From: a virus
Lineage: Duplodnaviria > Caudoviricetes
IMG/VR virus record: IMGVR_UViG_3300047439_000002
Span: 1 to 56,129 of that record
Strand: one strand, 5' to 3'
Length of the DNA stretch: 56,129 nt
This document shows, piece by piece, positions 27,535-34,720 of the stretch. The first letter of the stretch is position 1. The number at the start of each line of letters is the position of its first letter. The translations under genes were made by a program, and so were the position numbers. The notes under the pieces are model-generated. The model was not told the origin of the DNA and made no database searches. It saw only the letters and a list, made by a program, of their open reading frames with translations.

Positions 27535-27822
27535 TCAGGCCTCCCACCCGCAGGCGCACATCCCGGAACCCCGGTGGAGCTCGGCCTGGACGCACGTCTC
27601 GGGGGTGCGGATGACCAGGGTCGGCTTCGGCGCGCGGGTCACGGGCGCACGCAGGTTATCCGCAGCCACCGCCTGACGCGCGATGCGCCGCGCCACCGGG
27701 CCAGTCATCCGGATGGGTGCGGGGGTCACCACGGGAGCGGGAGCGCTGACCACACCGCCACGACAGGCGCGCCGTCCGGCCGGTGTGCGGGGGTGGGTGC
27801 AGGTTGCGTGAGACATTGCCAT
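27535..27822 (-). CDS. Early protein with His/Cys tag (copy 3)
   Basis: MAMSHATCTHPRTPAGRRACR. Confidence 0.75.
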   Translation of the reverse strand: MAMSHATCTHPRTPAGRRACRGGVVSAPAPVVTPAPIRMTGPVARRIARQAVAADNLRAPVTRAPKPTLVIRTPETCVQAELHRGSGMCACGWEA

Positions 27823-27837
27823 GATGGTCAGCCCCGT

Positions 27838-28161
27838 TCAGTTCGCGTGGTGGTTGCGGCAGTCGGTGCGCGAGTACGACAGCAATTCGTTGCAGCACGC
27901 GGTGTAACCCTCGTGGTGCCCCGGGTCGAGCTGTCCGCAGTTTTCGCAGTGCAGCTGATCGATCGTGCAACCCGTAGCCCGACGATCGATGCGTGCCTTC
28001 ATCGCCGCGTTAGCGACCGTCTTGCGGATGTGGTTAGCGACGTAGCCGTCAGCCTCGATCCGCTGACGCGTCGGAGATCCACCGGAGGCGGCGAGCTTGC
28101 GACACGCGGCCCGAGCGGCGGGGGTTGCCGGGTGATTGTGGCCCGTGTGTGAGATCGCCAT
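27838..28161 (-). CDS. Early protein with His/Cys tag (copy 4)
   Basis: MAISHTGHNHPATPAARAACRK; Cys-rich C-terminus; GGAGG RBS. Confidence 0.78.
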   Translation of the reverse strand: MAISHTGHNHPATPAARAACRKLAASGGSPTRQRIEADGYVANHIRKTVANAAMKARIDRRATGCTIDQLHCENCGQLDPGHHEGYTACCNELLSYSRTDCRNHHAN

Positions 28162-28201
28162 GATGTCCGCCTCCGTTGTCGTCGTTGTCATTTACCCATT
28201 A

Positions 28202-28231
28202 AACCTACCGTGCGGGGTGGAGGTATCGCAA
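28202..28231 (-). promoter_or_regulatory. Early promoter
   Basis: TTGCGA-N18-TAGGTT. Confidence 0.6.
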
Positions 28232-28253
28232 CCCCCACCCCGGTAGATGTGGT

Positions 28254-28469
28254 TTAGATCACATCCCACATCGGCAGGTCCAGGTCACAGGTGGGGATAT
28301 CGAAGGTCATCCCCACACCACCGAGGTTGATGTCGGTGTGTGGCCAGAGGATCACCCGAACCACCGCCGGGTAGGTGATGGCCCGGAGGAACGGCCGTCC
28401 CGCACCTTCGTAATCGATGATGGGAGCGTCCGTGCGGTTCATGAGTTCCCGCGTGGTGAGACGGGTCAT
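28254..28469 (-). CDS. Early hypothetical protein
   Basis: GGAGGT RBS and own promoter. Confidence 0.7.
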   Translation of the reverse strand: MTRLTTRELMNRTDAPIIDYEGAGRPFLRAITYPAVVRVILWPHTDINLGGVGMTFDIPTCDLDLPMWDVI

Positions 28470-28506
28470 GATGACCTCCGGTGTGTCGTTGTTGTGTTGT
28501 CTACGT

Positions 28507-28536
28507 ACTCTACCGCCCGGACGGGAGCTGACACAA
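28507..28536 (-). promoter_or_regulatory. Early promoter
   Basis: TTGTGT-N18-TAGAGT. Confidence 0.55.
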
Positions 28537-28559
28537 CCCCCATCCGGGCAGAACTTTGG

Positions 28560-28793
28560 TTACGGTCGGCTACACTTCATGCCGTTGAAGTGGTCCCCCT
28601 TCCGGCACTTGTTGTAGACCGCTTCGGAGACATTGGTAGTCCCCTTTCCTTTGATCGTCAGTTCATAGTGCGTGGAGGTGTAGGCACCATTGGGCACCAC
28701 CACCACCTTCTTACCGGATACCGTGCCGGACGGAGCGGGATCGCATCCGGCCAGCATGGCGAGGGCCAGAACTGCGGGGATGATTCTCTTCAT
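28560..28793 (-). CDS. Small lipoprotein
   Basis: MKRIIPAVLALAMLAGC lipobox. Confidence 0.85.
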   Translation of the reverse strand: MKRIIPAVLALAMLAGCDPAPSGTVSGKKVVVVPNGAYTSTHYELTIKGKGTTNVSEAVYNKCRKGDHFNGMKCSRP

Positions 28794-28796
28794 GGC

Positions 28797-29828
28797 TCAG
28801 TTACCCTTCTCGATGGCGATACCCGAGGCGTCCAGCCGGGAGGCGGTGGTGTGGCCCCGGGAGACATTCACGGCCTCCGCAGCCGTCTTACCGGATGCCC
28901 GACCAGCACGGGCAGAGGTGGAGTATTCACGTCGCTGAGCGGCAATCTCGTCCCGCTGGGTCCAGGCACGGGGACGCATGTACGAGTGCTCATTGCACGT
29001 GGTCTTGACCTTGGCGCACTTGGCGCATTCCTGGGTGGGATCGACCCATGGCTTAACGTCCGTCACAGGTGCCGGAGGAAACATCTCGGTGTATGCCTCG
29101 CGTACGCGGTCCACGCGTCCGGCCAGGGCGGGGAGGGCACCCACGGAGTTAGCCGCGTCACGTGCCTCACGGAGACGCCGAATGAGGGTGGTGACGAAGC
29201 TTTCAGCGTACGCCTCGCGGTACGTCTTGGTGTCGAAGCCCAGCCCGGTGGCCCGAGCTTCCTCGCCGCGCGTGGCAGCCTCGCGCAGATAGATCCGCTG
29301 GACCTTGGAACGGTTCTTCGCCTCCGCACCCGCTCCCTTTCCCCAGGCCTTCTCAGCAATCTCGCGGCGCTCGATACCCGCATTCCGGAGGAAGAAGATG
29401 TTGTCCGACTCGGACCGCTCGTCAGACCAGGTGGGGGTGATCCGCGTAGCGAACATCAGGTGTGAGGCCGTGATCAGAAACTCGGCGTGCCGAAGGTCCA
29501 GGTCGTAACCGACCAGGGTGAACCGGTACCCGGCATTGAGCGAAGCGATGTTGACCATGACGCCGGTGTGGTTCGCCACCTGACGGACGATCGTGCACAG
29601 GTGGTGCGACAGCGCCCAGTCATGGGAGTGAATGTCCATCACGAGGTGAGTCGGCACGGCTGCCGTTGCATCCTGCGCAATGGCCTCTTCCTGAGCGACG
29701 TTGTAATCGGCCATCAGGCGCATTGCCTTCGCGGTGTAAGCGTCAGCCGCAACATCGTTACCAAGCTCACGCTCGGACTCGGCCTTCGCAAGCAAGCCGC
29801 GCACCTTGGATGCGTAGTCAAAAGCCAT
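28797..29828 (-). CDS. DUF2786-like domain protein
   Basis: KVRGLLAKAES.....A.AYTAKA.RLM..Y N-terminus; RASGKTAAEAVNV tail. Confidence 0.75.
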   Translation of the reverse strand: MAFDYASKVRGLLAKAESERELGNDVAADAYTAKAMRLMADYNVAQEEAIAQDATAAVPTHLVMDIHSHDWALSHHLCTIVRQVANHTGVMVNIASLNAGYRFTLVGYDLDLRHAEFLITASHLMFATRITPTWSDERSESDNIFFLRNAGIERREIAEKAWGKGAGAEAKNRSKVQRIYLREAATRGEEARATGLGFDTKTYREAYAESFVTTLIRRLREARDAANSVGALPALAGRVDRVREAYTEMFPPAPVTDVKPWVDPTQECAKCAKVKTTCNEHSYMRPRAWTQRDEIAAQRREYSTSARAGRASGKTAAEAVNVSRGHTTASRLDASGIAIEKGN

Positions 29829-29906
29829 GACGATCTCCCCTCGGGTACCACACCGCCGGTCGGTGCGTCGAACAGGTGTTACGCTACCACGTGCTTACAT
29901 CTCGCG

Positions 29907-30371
29907 TCATGCCGGAGTGTTCACCAGTTGTGAAACCGGTGACAGTTGGTCCTGCGGCTGCTCCGGTTCCTCCGGCTGGTCCGGCCCTGGCTCCTCGCCG
30001 CCTGGCTCGGGCATGGCTTCTCCGACCCACCAGATCGCCGTAGAGACGTCGTCACGCGGCACCGTGATGGTGGTCGGTACCGGGGTGCCAGGCCGTTGTA
30101 GCGTCACTGAGATGGCTCCACCGGCCACGCGGCGCGGCACGCGGACCACGGTCCACCGGGAGCCATCGTCCATGAGCACGGAGAGGTTGAGGGCCATCTG
30201 ATCGGTTGGCCGGATCAGGTCCAGGTGGTCAGCGTCCGGCTGCCTGGGCATCGTGTCGTAGGGCCCCGTGACGGAGACGGAGACCTCACCCATACCTAGG
30301 ATAACCCCGGGAGTTGGGACCGGCAGCATGGCGTACGTCCTTCCAAACGCGGAGATTGGATCGGTCACCAT
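29907..30371 (-). CDS. Hypothetical protein
   Basis: Packed in operon; acidic Pro-rich tail. Confidence 0.6.
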   Translation of the reverse strand: MVTDPISAFGRTYAMLPVPTPGVILGMGEVSVSVTGPYDTMPRQPDADHLDLIRPTDQMALNLSVLMDDGSRWTVVRVPRRVAGGAISVTLQRPGTPVPTTITVPRDDVSTAIWWVGEAMPEPGGEEPGPDQPEEPEQPQDQLSPVSQLVNTPA

Positions 30372-30399
30372 GGTAACCGACCCCCACCCGCAGGATGAA

Positions 30400-30786
30400 T
30401 CAGACAAACTCCCCGTATTCCTGGTCAGCCGGGTCACACCCGCAGAATACCGCGTCATAGCCCTCGTTCAGCTCGTCGCCAGGCGCACCCTCCGCTACCG
30501 GGAACACATCGTCACAGACCGGGCAGTTGGCTTTGACCGAGAATCCCGAGTCGGACCACACCAAGTTGTATTCGGTGTCTCCCGGGCAGTCCAGGCTGAT
30601 CAGCGCGTCCACCAGGCCGATGACGTTGGAGTTGAAGCTGTCCGTGAGGTACGGCACGGTGGACGCCTCGAAATCCTCCACGGGGATCATGACCGGTTCG
30701 AAGTCGGGTGAGTCCCGCCATTCCCCGCCGTACACGCGAACCTGGACCTTGGCCTCGGCTTCGGGGGTGTTGGTGTTGTGCGTCAT
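30400..30786 (-). CDS. Hypothetical acidic Zn-binding protein
   Basis: CPVC...CGC; AACAACGACGGAGG leader. Confidence 0.72.
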   Translation of the reverse strand: MTHNTNTPEAEAKVQVRVYGGEWRDSPDFEPVMIPVEDFEASTVPYLTDSFNSNVIGLVDALISLDCPGDTEYNLVWSDSGFSVKANCPVCDDVFPVAEGAPGDELNEGYDAVFCGCDPADQEYGEFV

Positions 30787-30869
30787 CGGGAACCTCCGTC
30801 GTTGTTTGGTACGCCTACCGTACCACCCGGACGGAGATCAACCTAACCCCCGTCCGGGTGGATTTCCCG

Positions 30870-31085
30870 TCAGAGAATCGTGAGGTCCGTGTTGTCGCGG
30901 AGGGTGTCACGGATCATCGCGCCGACCCCGGAGAGGGTGCGGTCCGCCACGTACGCCGCAGCCATGATCGCGGCAGCCGCGTCGTCGTCGAGGTCGTCAG
31001 CGAAGTGGATGATCGTCGCGCACGCGCGGTCAATCTCGTTGTCGTCGATGTCGCCGAGGATGTCGTCGAGATCCGAGTCCGTCAT
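30870..31085 (-). CDS. Hypothetical acidic protein
   Basis: AACGACGAAGGGG leader. Confidence 0.65.
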   Translation of the reverse strand: MTDSDLDDILGDIDDNEIDRACATIIHFADDLDDDAAAAIMAAAYVADRTLSGVGAMIRDTLRDNTDLTIL

Positions 31086-31199
31086 GGTGTCCCCTTCGTC
31101 GTTCGATCGGTACCCCCTAATCCTACCCCGCGTGAGGCCCAAACCTGACACTTCCGCAAGTCTTTTTCCGGCAATCTCAGCTGCCCGTGAGCCGAAGAC

Positions 31200-31246
31200 G
31201 TACCTAGGTACCGTGAGACCTACCCCACCCCGGAAACTCCCGCTGA
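31200..31246. repeat. Tripartite intergenic repeat, copy B
   Basis: GTACCTAGG-N11-CTACCCC-N10-CTCCCGCTGA. Confidence 0.8.
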
Positions 31247-31256
31247 GCGGGCTACG

Positions 31257-31283
31257 AAAAAGACCACCCCCGGAGGGGTGGCC
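31257..31283 (-). terminator. Intrinsic terminator
   Basis: GGCCACCCC-TCC-GGGGTGGTC-TTTTT on the minus strand. Confidence 0.7.
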
Positions 31284-31295
31284 CGTTCCGTTGGA

Positions 31296-31736
31296 TCAGT
31301 TGGCCGGAGCCGTGACCAGGTCACGGACCAGGCGGTATTCCGTCGCGGTCAGCGAGTACTTCCGGCCCTTGCCAACCCCCAGGCCCAGCGCCCGGAGGTG
31401 CACCCGGAGCTCCTTGGGGGTGAGGTCCGTCTTGAGCGCGTCCGACAGGTGCGCCGCGAGCTCAGCCGTCGTCATGTCCTCGCCGAGCTCGGCGTAGATG
31501 TCCTCGTCCGTCATCTCGTCCGAGTCATCGTCGTCGTCGTCGCCCAGGTTGTCGAGGTCCATGCCGTCGATCTTCGAGAGGGCGATCGAGCGGGTCTTGC
31601 CGTCCACCTTGATGTTGACACCCTTCGAGTTGACCGAGAACGCCTCGCCGAAGGCCGTCATTCCATCGGTCAGGCGAACGATGATCTCCTCGCCCTTGTT
31701 GTCGTTGATGAAGTCGGTAGCGTCGATGACGTTCAT
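31296..31736 (-). CDS. Sm/SH3-like N-domain plus HTH DNA-binding domain
   Basis: TTAELAAHL...TPKELRVHLR..G.GKGRKYSL. Confidence 0.75.
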   Translation of the reverse strand: MNVIDATDFINDNKGEEIIVRLTDGMTAFGEAFSVNSKGVNIKVDGKTRSIALSKIDGMDLDNLGDDDDDDSDEMTDEDIYAELGEDMTTAELAAHLSDALKTDLTPKELRVHLRALGLGVGKGRKYSLTATEYRLVRDLVTAPAN

Positions 31737-31799
31737 GGTGAGTCCCCTCGGTGTGTGCGGTCCGGCCGGTCCGGCGCCGCGTTGTTTTGTTATGTGAGT

Positions 31800-31828
31800 A
31801 ATCTAACCTACCGTCCGGGCCAACGCAA
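31800..31828 (-). promoter_or_regulatory. Early promoter
   Basis: TTGCGT-N17-TAGATT. Confidence 0.65.
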
Positions 31829-31924
31829 CAGGCAAACCGGACATCTTCCAAGATCTTTTGGGGATTCTCTGAAACGTTTCAAAGTCGCTTCAACGGGAGG
31901 CTACGCCCGGTGGACGCAGCCGGT

Positions 31925-31971
31925 GTACCTAGGATTCTCGAGACCTACCCCGAAGCTCACGCTTCCGCTGA
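31925..31971. repeat. Tripartite intergenic repeat, copy C
   Basis: GTACCTAGG-N11-CTACCCC-N10-CTTCCGCTGA. Confidence 0.8.
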
Positions 31972-32026
31972 GCCTGTTACTGCACGTCAGAGGGCCGGAC
32001 CACACCGCCTGCCCGGCCCTCGCGTG

Positions 32027-32176
32027 CTACCACCGCTCGTAGTCTTCGTCATACTCTTCATCGTCCGGGTAGCCGTCGTCGTCATCCCGGTGCGGCGTGA
32101 GCCGATCGAGGATCGCTCCCGCCCAGACCGCCAGGACAGCCAGGGTCCCTACCCCGACCAGGATCCACCACCACAT
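32027..32176 (-). CDS. Small membrane protein with acidic tail
   Basis: MWWWILVGVG...; GGAGGT RBS. Confidence 0.65.
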   Translation of the reverse strand: MWWWILVGVGTLAVLAVWAGAILDRLTPHRDDDDGYPDDEEYDEDYERW

Positions 32177-32523
32177 TAGCGCGTGACCTCCCAGATCAGG
32201 CGGGACACCGGGGAGTTCAGCATCCATCCGAACGCCATCAGAACGCTCCCAGCGAACACACAGGCCACCGACCATACCGGCACCCGTGGAACGCGTGACG
32301 GACGCTCAGCGGGCATCTCAGCACCCTTGTCGAGGGCCCGCATGATGCCGGTCACGGACACCCCCGCATCGGGTGAATGGCTGTTGACCTTGTGCCACCG
32401 CTGGGTGTGCGCCTGAACTACGGCGGGGGGTGGGATCTCGCCGGTGAAGACGTACGCGTCCTCGAGCTTGAAGCCGGGCACCACGGGAACGGAGTTCCGA
32501 GATTGGTACGTGCGGGATCTCAT
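32176..32523 (-). CDS. Hypothetical protein with C-terminal TM helix
   Basis: ATGA overlap; hydrophobic tail. Confidence 0.65.
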   Translation of the reverse strand: MRSRTYQSRNSVPVVPGFKLEDAYVFTGEIPPPAVVQAHTQRWHKVNSHSPDAGVSVTGIMRALDKGAEMPAERPSRVPRVPVWSVACVFAGSVLMAFGWMLNSPVSRLIWEVTR

Positions 32524-32942
32524 GCCGCTGACACCAGGTCGTTGCCCCGCTGCGTGATGTGCAACCCCTTCGCCATGAGAAGCACCATCAGCCGAGCCTC
32601 AGCTGCCTGTGCGTCCCGCTTGACCCGTGCACGCACGCGAGGGTTACGGATGTCTTCCAGCGACACCGGGCCCTCTTCCGCCCATTCCGCCTCGTCCCGC
32701 TTACGGATCTCCGCAGCCTTCGCTTGCTGCACGACAGGCACGGGGGTGGGTGTCTTGGGCTTCGGCTTGCCCGCACCCTGCCAGAGAGAGAATCGCTTGA
32801 CCAGTGTGGGGATGTCAGCTTCGGTAAACTCGTACCGGGCACCGGAGCCAACGGCAACGAAGGTCGAGTCACCCGAGCGGAGGAATTGCCGGAGAACGCG
32901 GGGTGTGGTCCCGATTGCTTCGGCCACAGTCTTGGTGTCCAT
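32520..32942 (-). CDS. HTH DNA-binding protein
   Basis: TKTVAEAIGTTPRVLRQFLR....VGSGARYEF. Confidence 0.8.
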   Translation of the reverse strand: MDTKTVAEAIGTTPRVLRQFLRSGDSTFVAVGSGARYEFTEADIPTLVKRFSLWQGAGKPKPKTPTPVPVVQQAKAAEIRKRDEAEWAEEGPVSLEDIRNPRVRARVKRDAQAAEARLMVLLMAKGLHITQRGNDLVSAA

Positions 32943-32985
32943 GTCGTTGTCTCCCTCGGTAATGCCCCCCGGACGGGGCGGATAG

Positions 32986-33207
32986 TTAGTTGTTGGATTC
33001 AAGTTGGCGTGCTGCATCATTGGTCATCCAGAACCGCTCGTCATCTTCGTCCTCGGGCAGCATGTGCGCCACCAGGGACCAGAAGTCGTCGTGCCTTCGT
33101 TGGGCCACACCGCGAGGGGAGGGGGACCACTCGGCCAGCGGGCCGAGGGCCTCCGTGTGCATACCCAGTCGTTCGAGCAGCACAGCCGCACGTTCAGCGC
33201 TTGTCAC
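32986..33207 (-). CDS. Hypothetical protein
   Basis: GTGA overlap, GGAG RBS. Confidence 0.55.
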   Translation of the reverse strand: MTSAERAAVLLERLGMHTEALGPLAEWSPSPRGVAQRRHDDFWSLVAHMLPEDEDDERFWMTNDAARQLESNN

Positions 33208-34031
33208 ATCTTGCTCCGGCAGTCAGGGCCGATCCCGTAAGCGCGGGATGTGGCGTCAGTGAGCGTCCGGTTGCACCGGCCGCAGGAACCGATCTTCGAG
33301 CCGTACAGCCGGGTCGAGATCTCCCAGCCCATCTCCCGGATACCATCCAGAACCGCCTTCCGGGTGGCCCAGTTGCGCACCGGGTGCCGCTCGTCGGAGG
33401 CGTACACATCGACGTACAGCCGACCGTTCTTGTGGTGGTTCACCCGGTAGAACTTGATGTCGTCGTCCTCACCCAGCGCGTAGTTGCCGGTAGGGATGTC
33501 GTCGTAGGCGTCAAAGGTGGTAGCCGCCCGCTCCGTGACTCGAACAACCTTGGCCGATTCCTTGGCCTCCGCGTGCTTCGCCTTGATCCGGTCGATGAGC
33601 TGCGAGGCGGAGCCACCCTTGCCCCCCGCCAGCGTGCCCCAGCCACCCCGGTCGAGCCAGTCGGTCATCGCTGCCGCCGCGTCAGCATCGTGCTCGGCGA
33701 GCCAGGTCAGGCGGAGGCGGATCAGGTTCACCTGGGCGGGAGAGGCACCGGTAACCGGCATGTTGGGGTCAGGGCAGCACCGGGGGTTGTCGCACGTCTC
33801 ACGGTTGTGACCGGTGTCAGCCAGGTCCTCCGTGGTCGGCAGGGTGATCATGCCGGGGTTCTGGTTGCGAGGGCCGGTGTAGGCCAGGTCGTCCGCACCT
33901 TCCACGATCCGGATCATCCCCGTGTTCTTCGGCGCAGCCACATGGTACTTGGGCGCGTCATCGAAGTCGGTGCGTACCCCCGCCAGCGATTCCCTGGTCA
34001 TGGCCCGCATACGGGTGAGGATGTCGGTCAT
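33204..34031 (-). CDS. Protein with C-terminal DUF6011-like Zn ribbon
   Basis: CGRCNRTLTDATSRAYGIGPDC; ASPAQ..I..L...ASQLIDRIK module. Confidence 0.82.
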   Translation of the reverse strand: MTDILTRMRAMTRESLAGVRTDFDDAPKYHVAAPKNTGMIRIVEGADDLAYTGPRNQNPGMITLPTTEDLADTGHNRETCDNPRCCPDPNMPVTGASPAQVNLIRLRLTWLAEHDADAAAAMTDWLDRGGWGTLAGGKGGSASQLIDRIKAKHAEAKESAKVVRVTERAATTFDAYDDIPTGNYALGEDDDIKFYRVNHHKNGRLYVDVYASDERHPVRNWATRKAVLDGIREMGWEISTRLYGSKIGSCGRCNRTLTDATSRAYGIGPDCRSKM

Positions 34032-34064
34032 TGGAGGTTCCCTTCGTGGTGGCCGGATGAGCAC

Positions 34065-34093
34065 ACCGTACGCGTCTCCGCCACGCGCCGCAA
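34065..34093 (-). promoter_or_regulatory. Early promoter
   Basis: TTGCGG-N17-TACGGT. Confidence 0.55.
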
Positions 34094-34437
34094 CCCCGGA
34101 CATGAAACGGGGGGCAAGGTGGGGGCAACAACGACGAAAACCCCACCCCACCCCCCACCGGCCTAACCACCCACCGGCACGCGCGGCCTAAGGTAACCAC
34201 TTCAGAGGAAATCGGACTTACTGCCAGGTGTCCCTGGTCCTGCCGCCTCCGTACCGCGCTTCCCCTCGTTTCCAGCCCGACCACCACTTGCGAACGTCTT
34301 CGCTGCCTTAACCACCCGATCACTCCCGGTAGGTGGCACGGCGTAAACGCAGTGGCCGAACCGTTTACAGGGACCACACCGCCAGTCAGCGTCCATACGT
34401 CCCGTGAATGGCACGAACTACGCCGTGTGGTCCCTTG

Positions 34438-34518
34438 CCCCTCGCCCTGGACTTGAACCAGGATCTCCCCGAGCGGAGGCGATCCGCCCAGTCGTGCTAC
34501 CAATTGCACCACCGAGGG
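34438..34518 (-). tRNA. tRNA-like element with non-canonical anticodon arm
   Basis: Acceptor CCCTCG/CGAGGG, D arm GTGC-AATTGGTA-GCAC, T arm CCTGG-TTCAAGT-CCAGG; anticodon arm is a 9-bp stem with a 5-nt loop; no encoded CCA. Confidence 0.6.
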
Positions 34519-34622
34519 TTAATGGCGTCCTCACCCCCTTCGCCAAAAGAGAATGATTCAGCCACCGCAGATTGGCGTCCGCTTGTCAGCAACTGGGCAT
34601 TATGAGTACCCAGCCCTAACCG

Positions 34623-34687
34623 TGCTCCCAGCCCGACTCGAACGGGCAGTAATCCTACGAACCGCGTAGCGGACGGTTAGCGGGAGC
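34623..34687 (-). tRNA. D-armless tRNA-like element
   Basis: Acceptor GCTCCCG/TGGGAGC plus A73; T arm GCCCG-TTCGAGT-CGGGC; no D arm and no 7-nt anticodon loop. Confidence 0.5.
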
Positions 34688-34720
34688 GTGTGCCTGGATT
34701 TCCCGCCAGGCCGGGGTGAA

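Larger units (their letters stand above)
34105..34715 (-). ncRNA. Structured non-coding RNA locus (unclassified)
   Basis: Many stems whose G-U pairs form only on the minus strand; two TTCRAGT T-arms, CAU stem-loop, kissing loop, GACA tetraloop, terminal hairpin at 34109-34156. Confidence 0.65.

Noticed and set aside
32559-34166. 535-aa plus-strand ORF
   Set aside because: Antisense shadow of three credible minus-strand genes; no motif; typical of high-GC DNA.
34204-34222. RNase P-like GAGGAAA
   Set aside because: Lacks GUCC and the P4 partner, and is on the strand disfavoured by the G-U pairs.
34202-34414. 70-aa ORF with CGPC..HC inside the RNA locus
   Set aside because: Weak RBS and overlaps strong stems. 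Not called, but not excluded; Ribo-seq would decide.
34623-34687. tmRNA tRNA-like domain
   Set aside because: No G3-U70 pair, no CCA, no tag reading frame seen.
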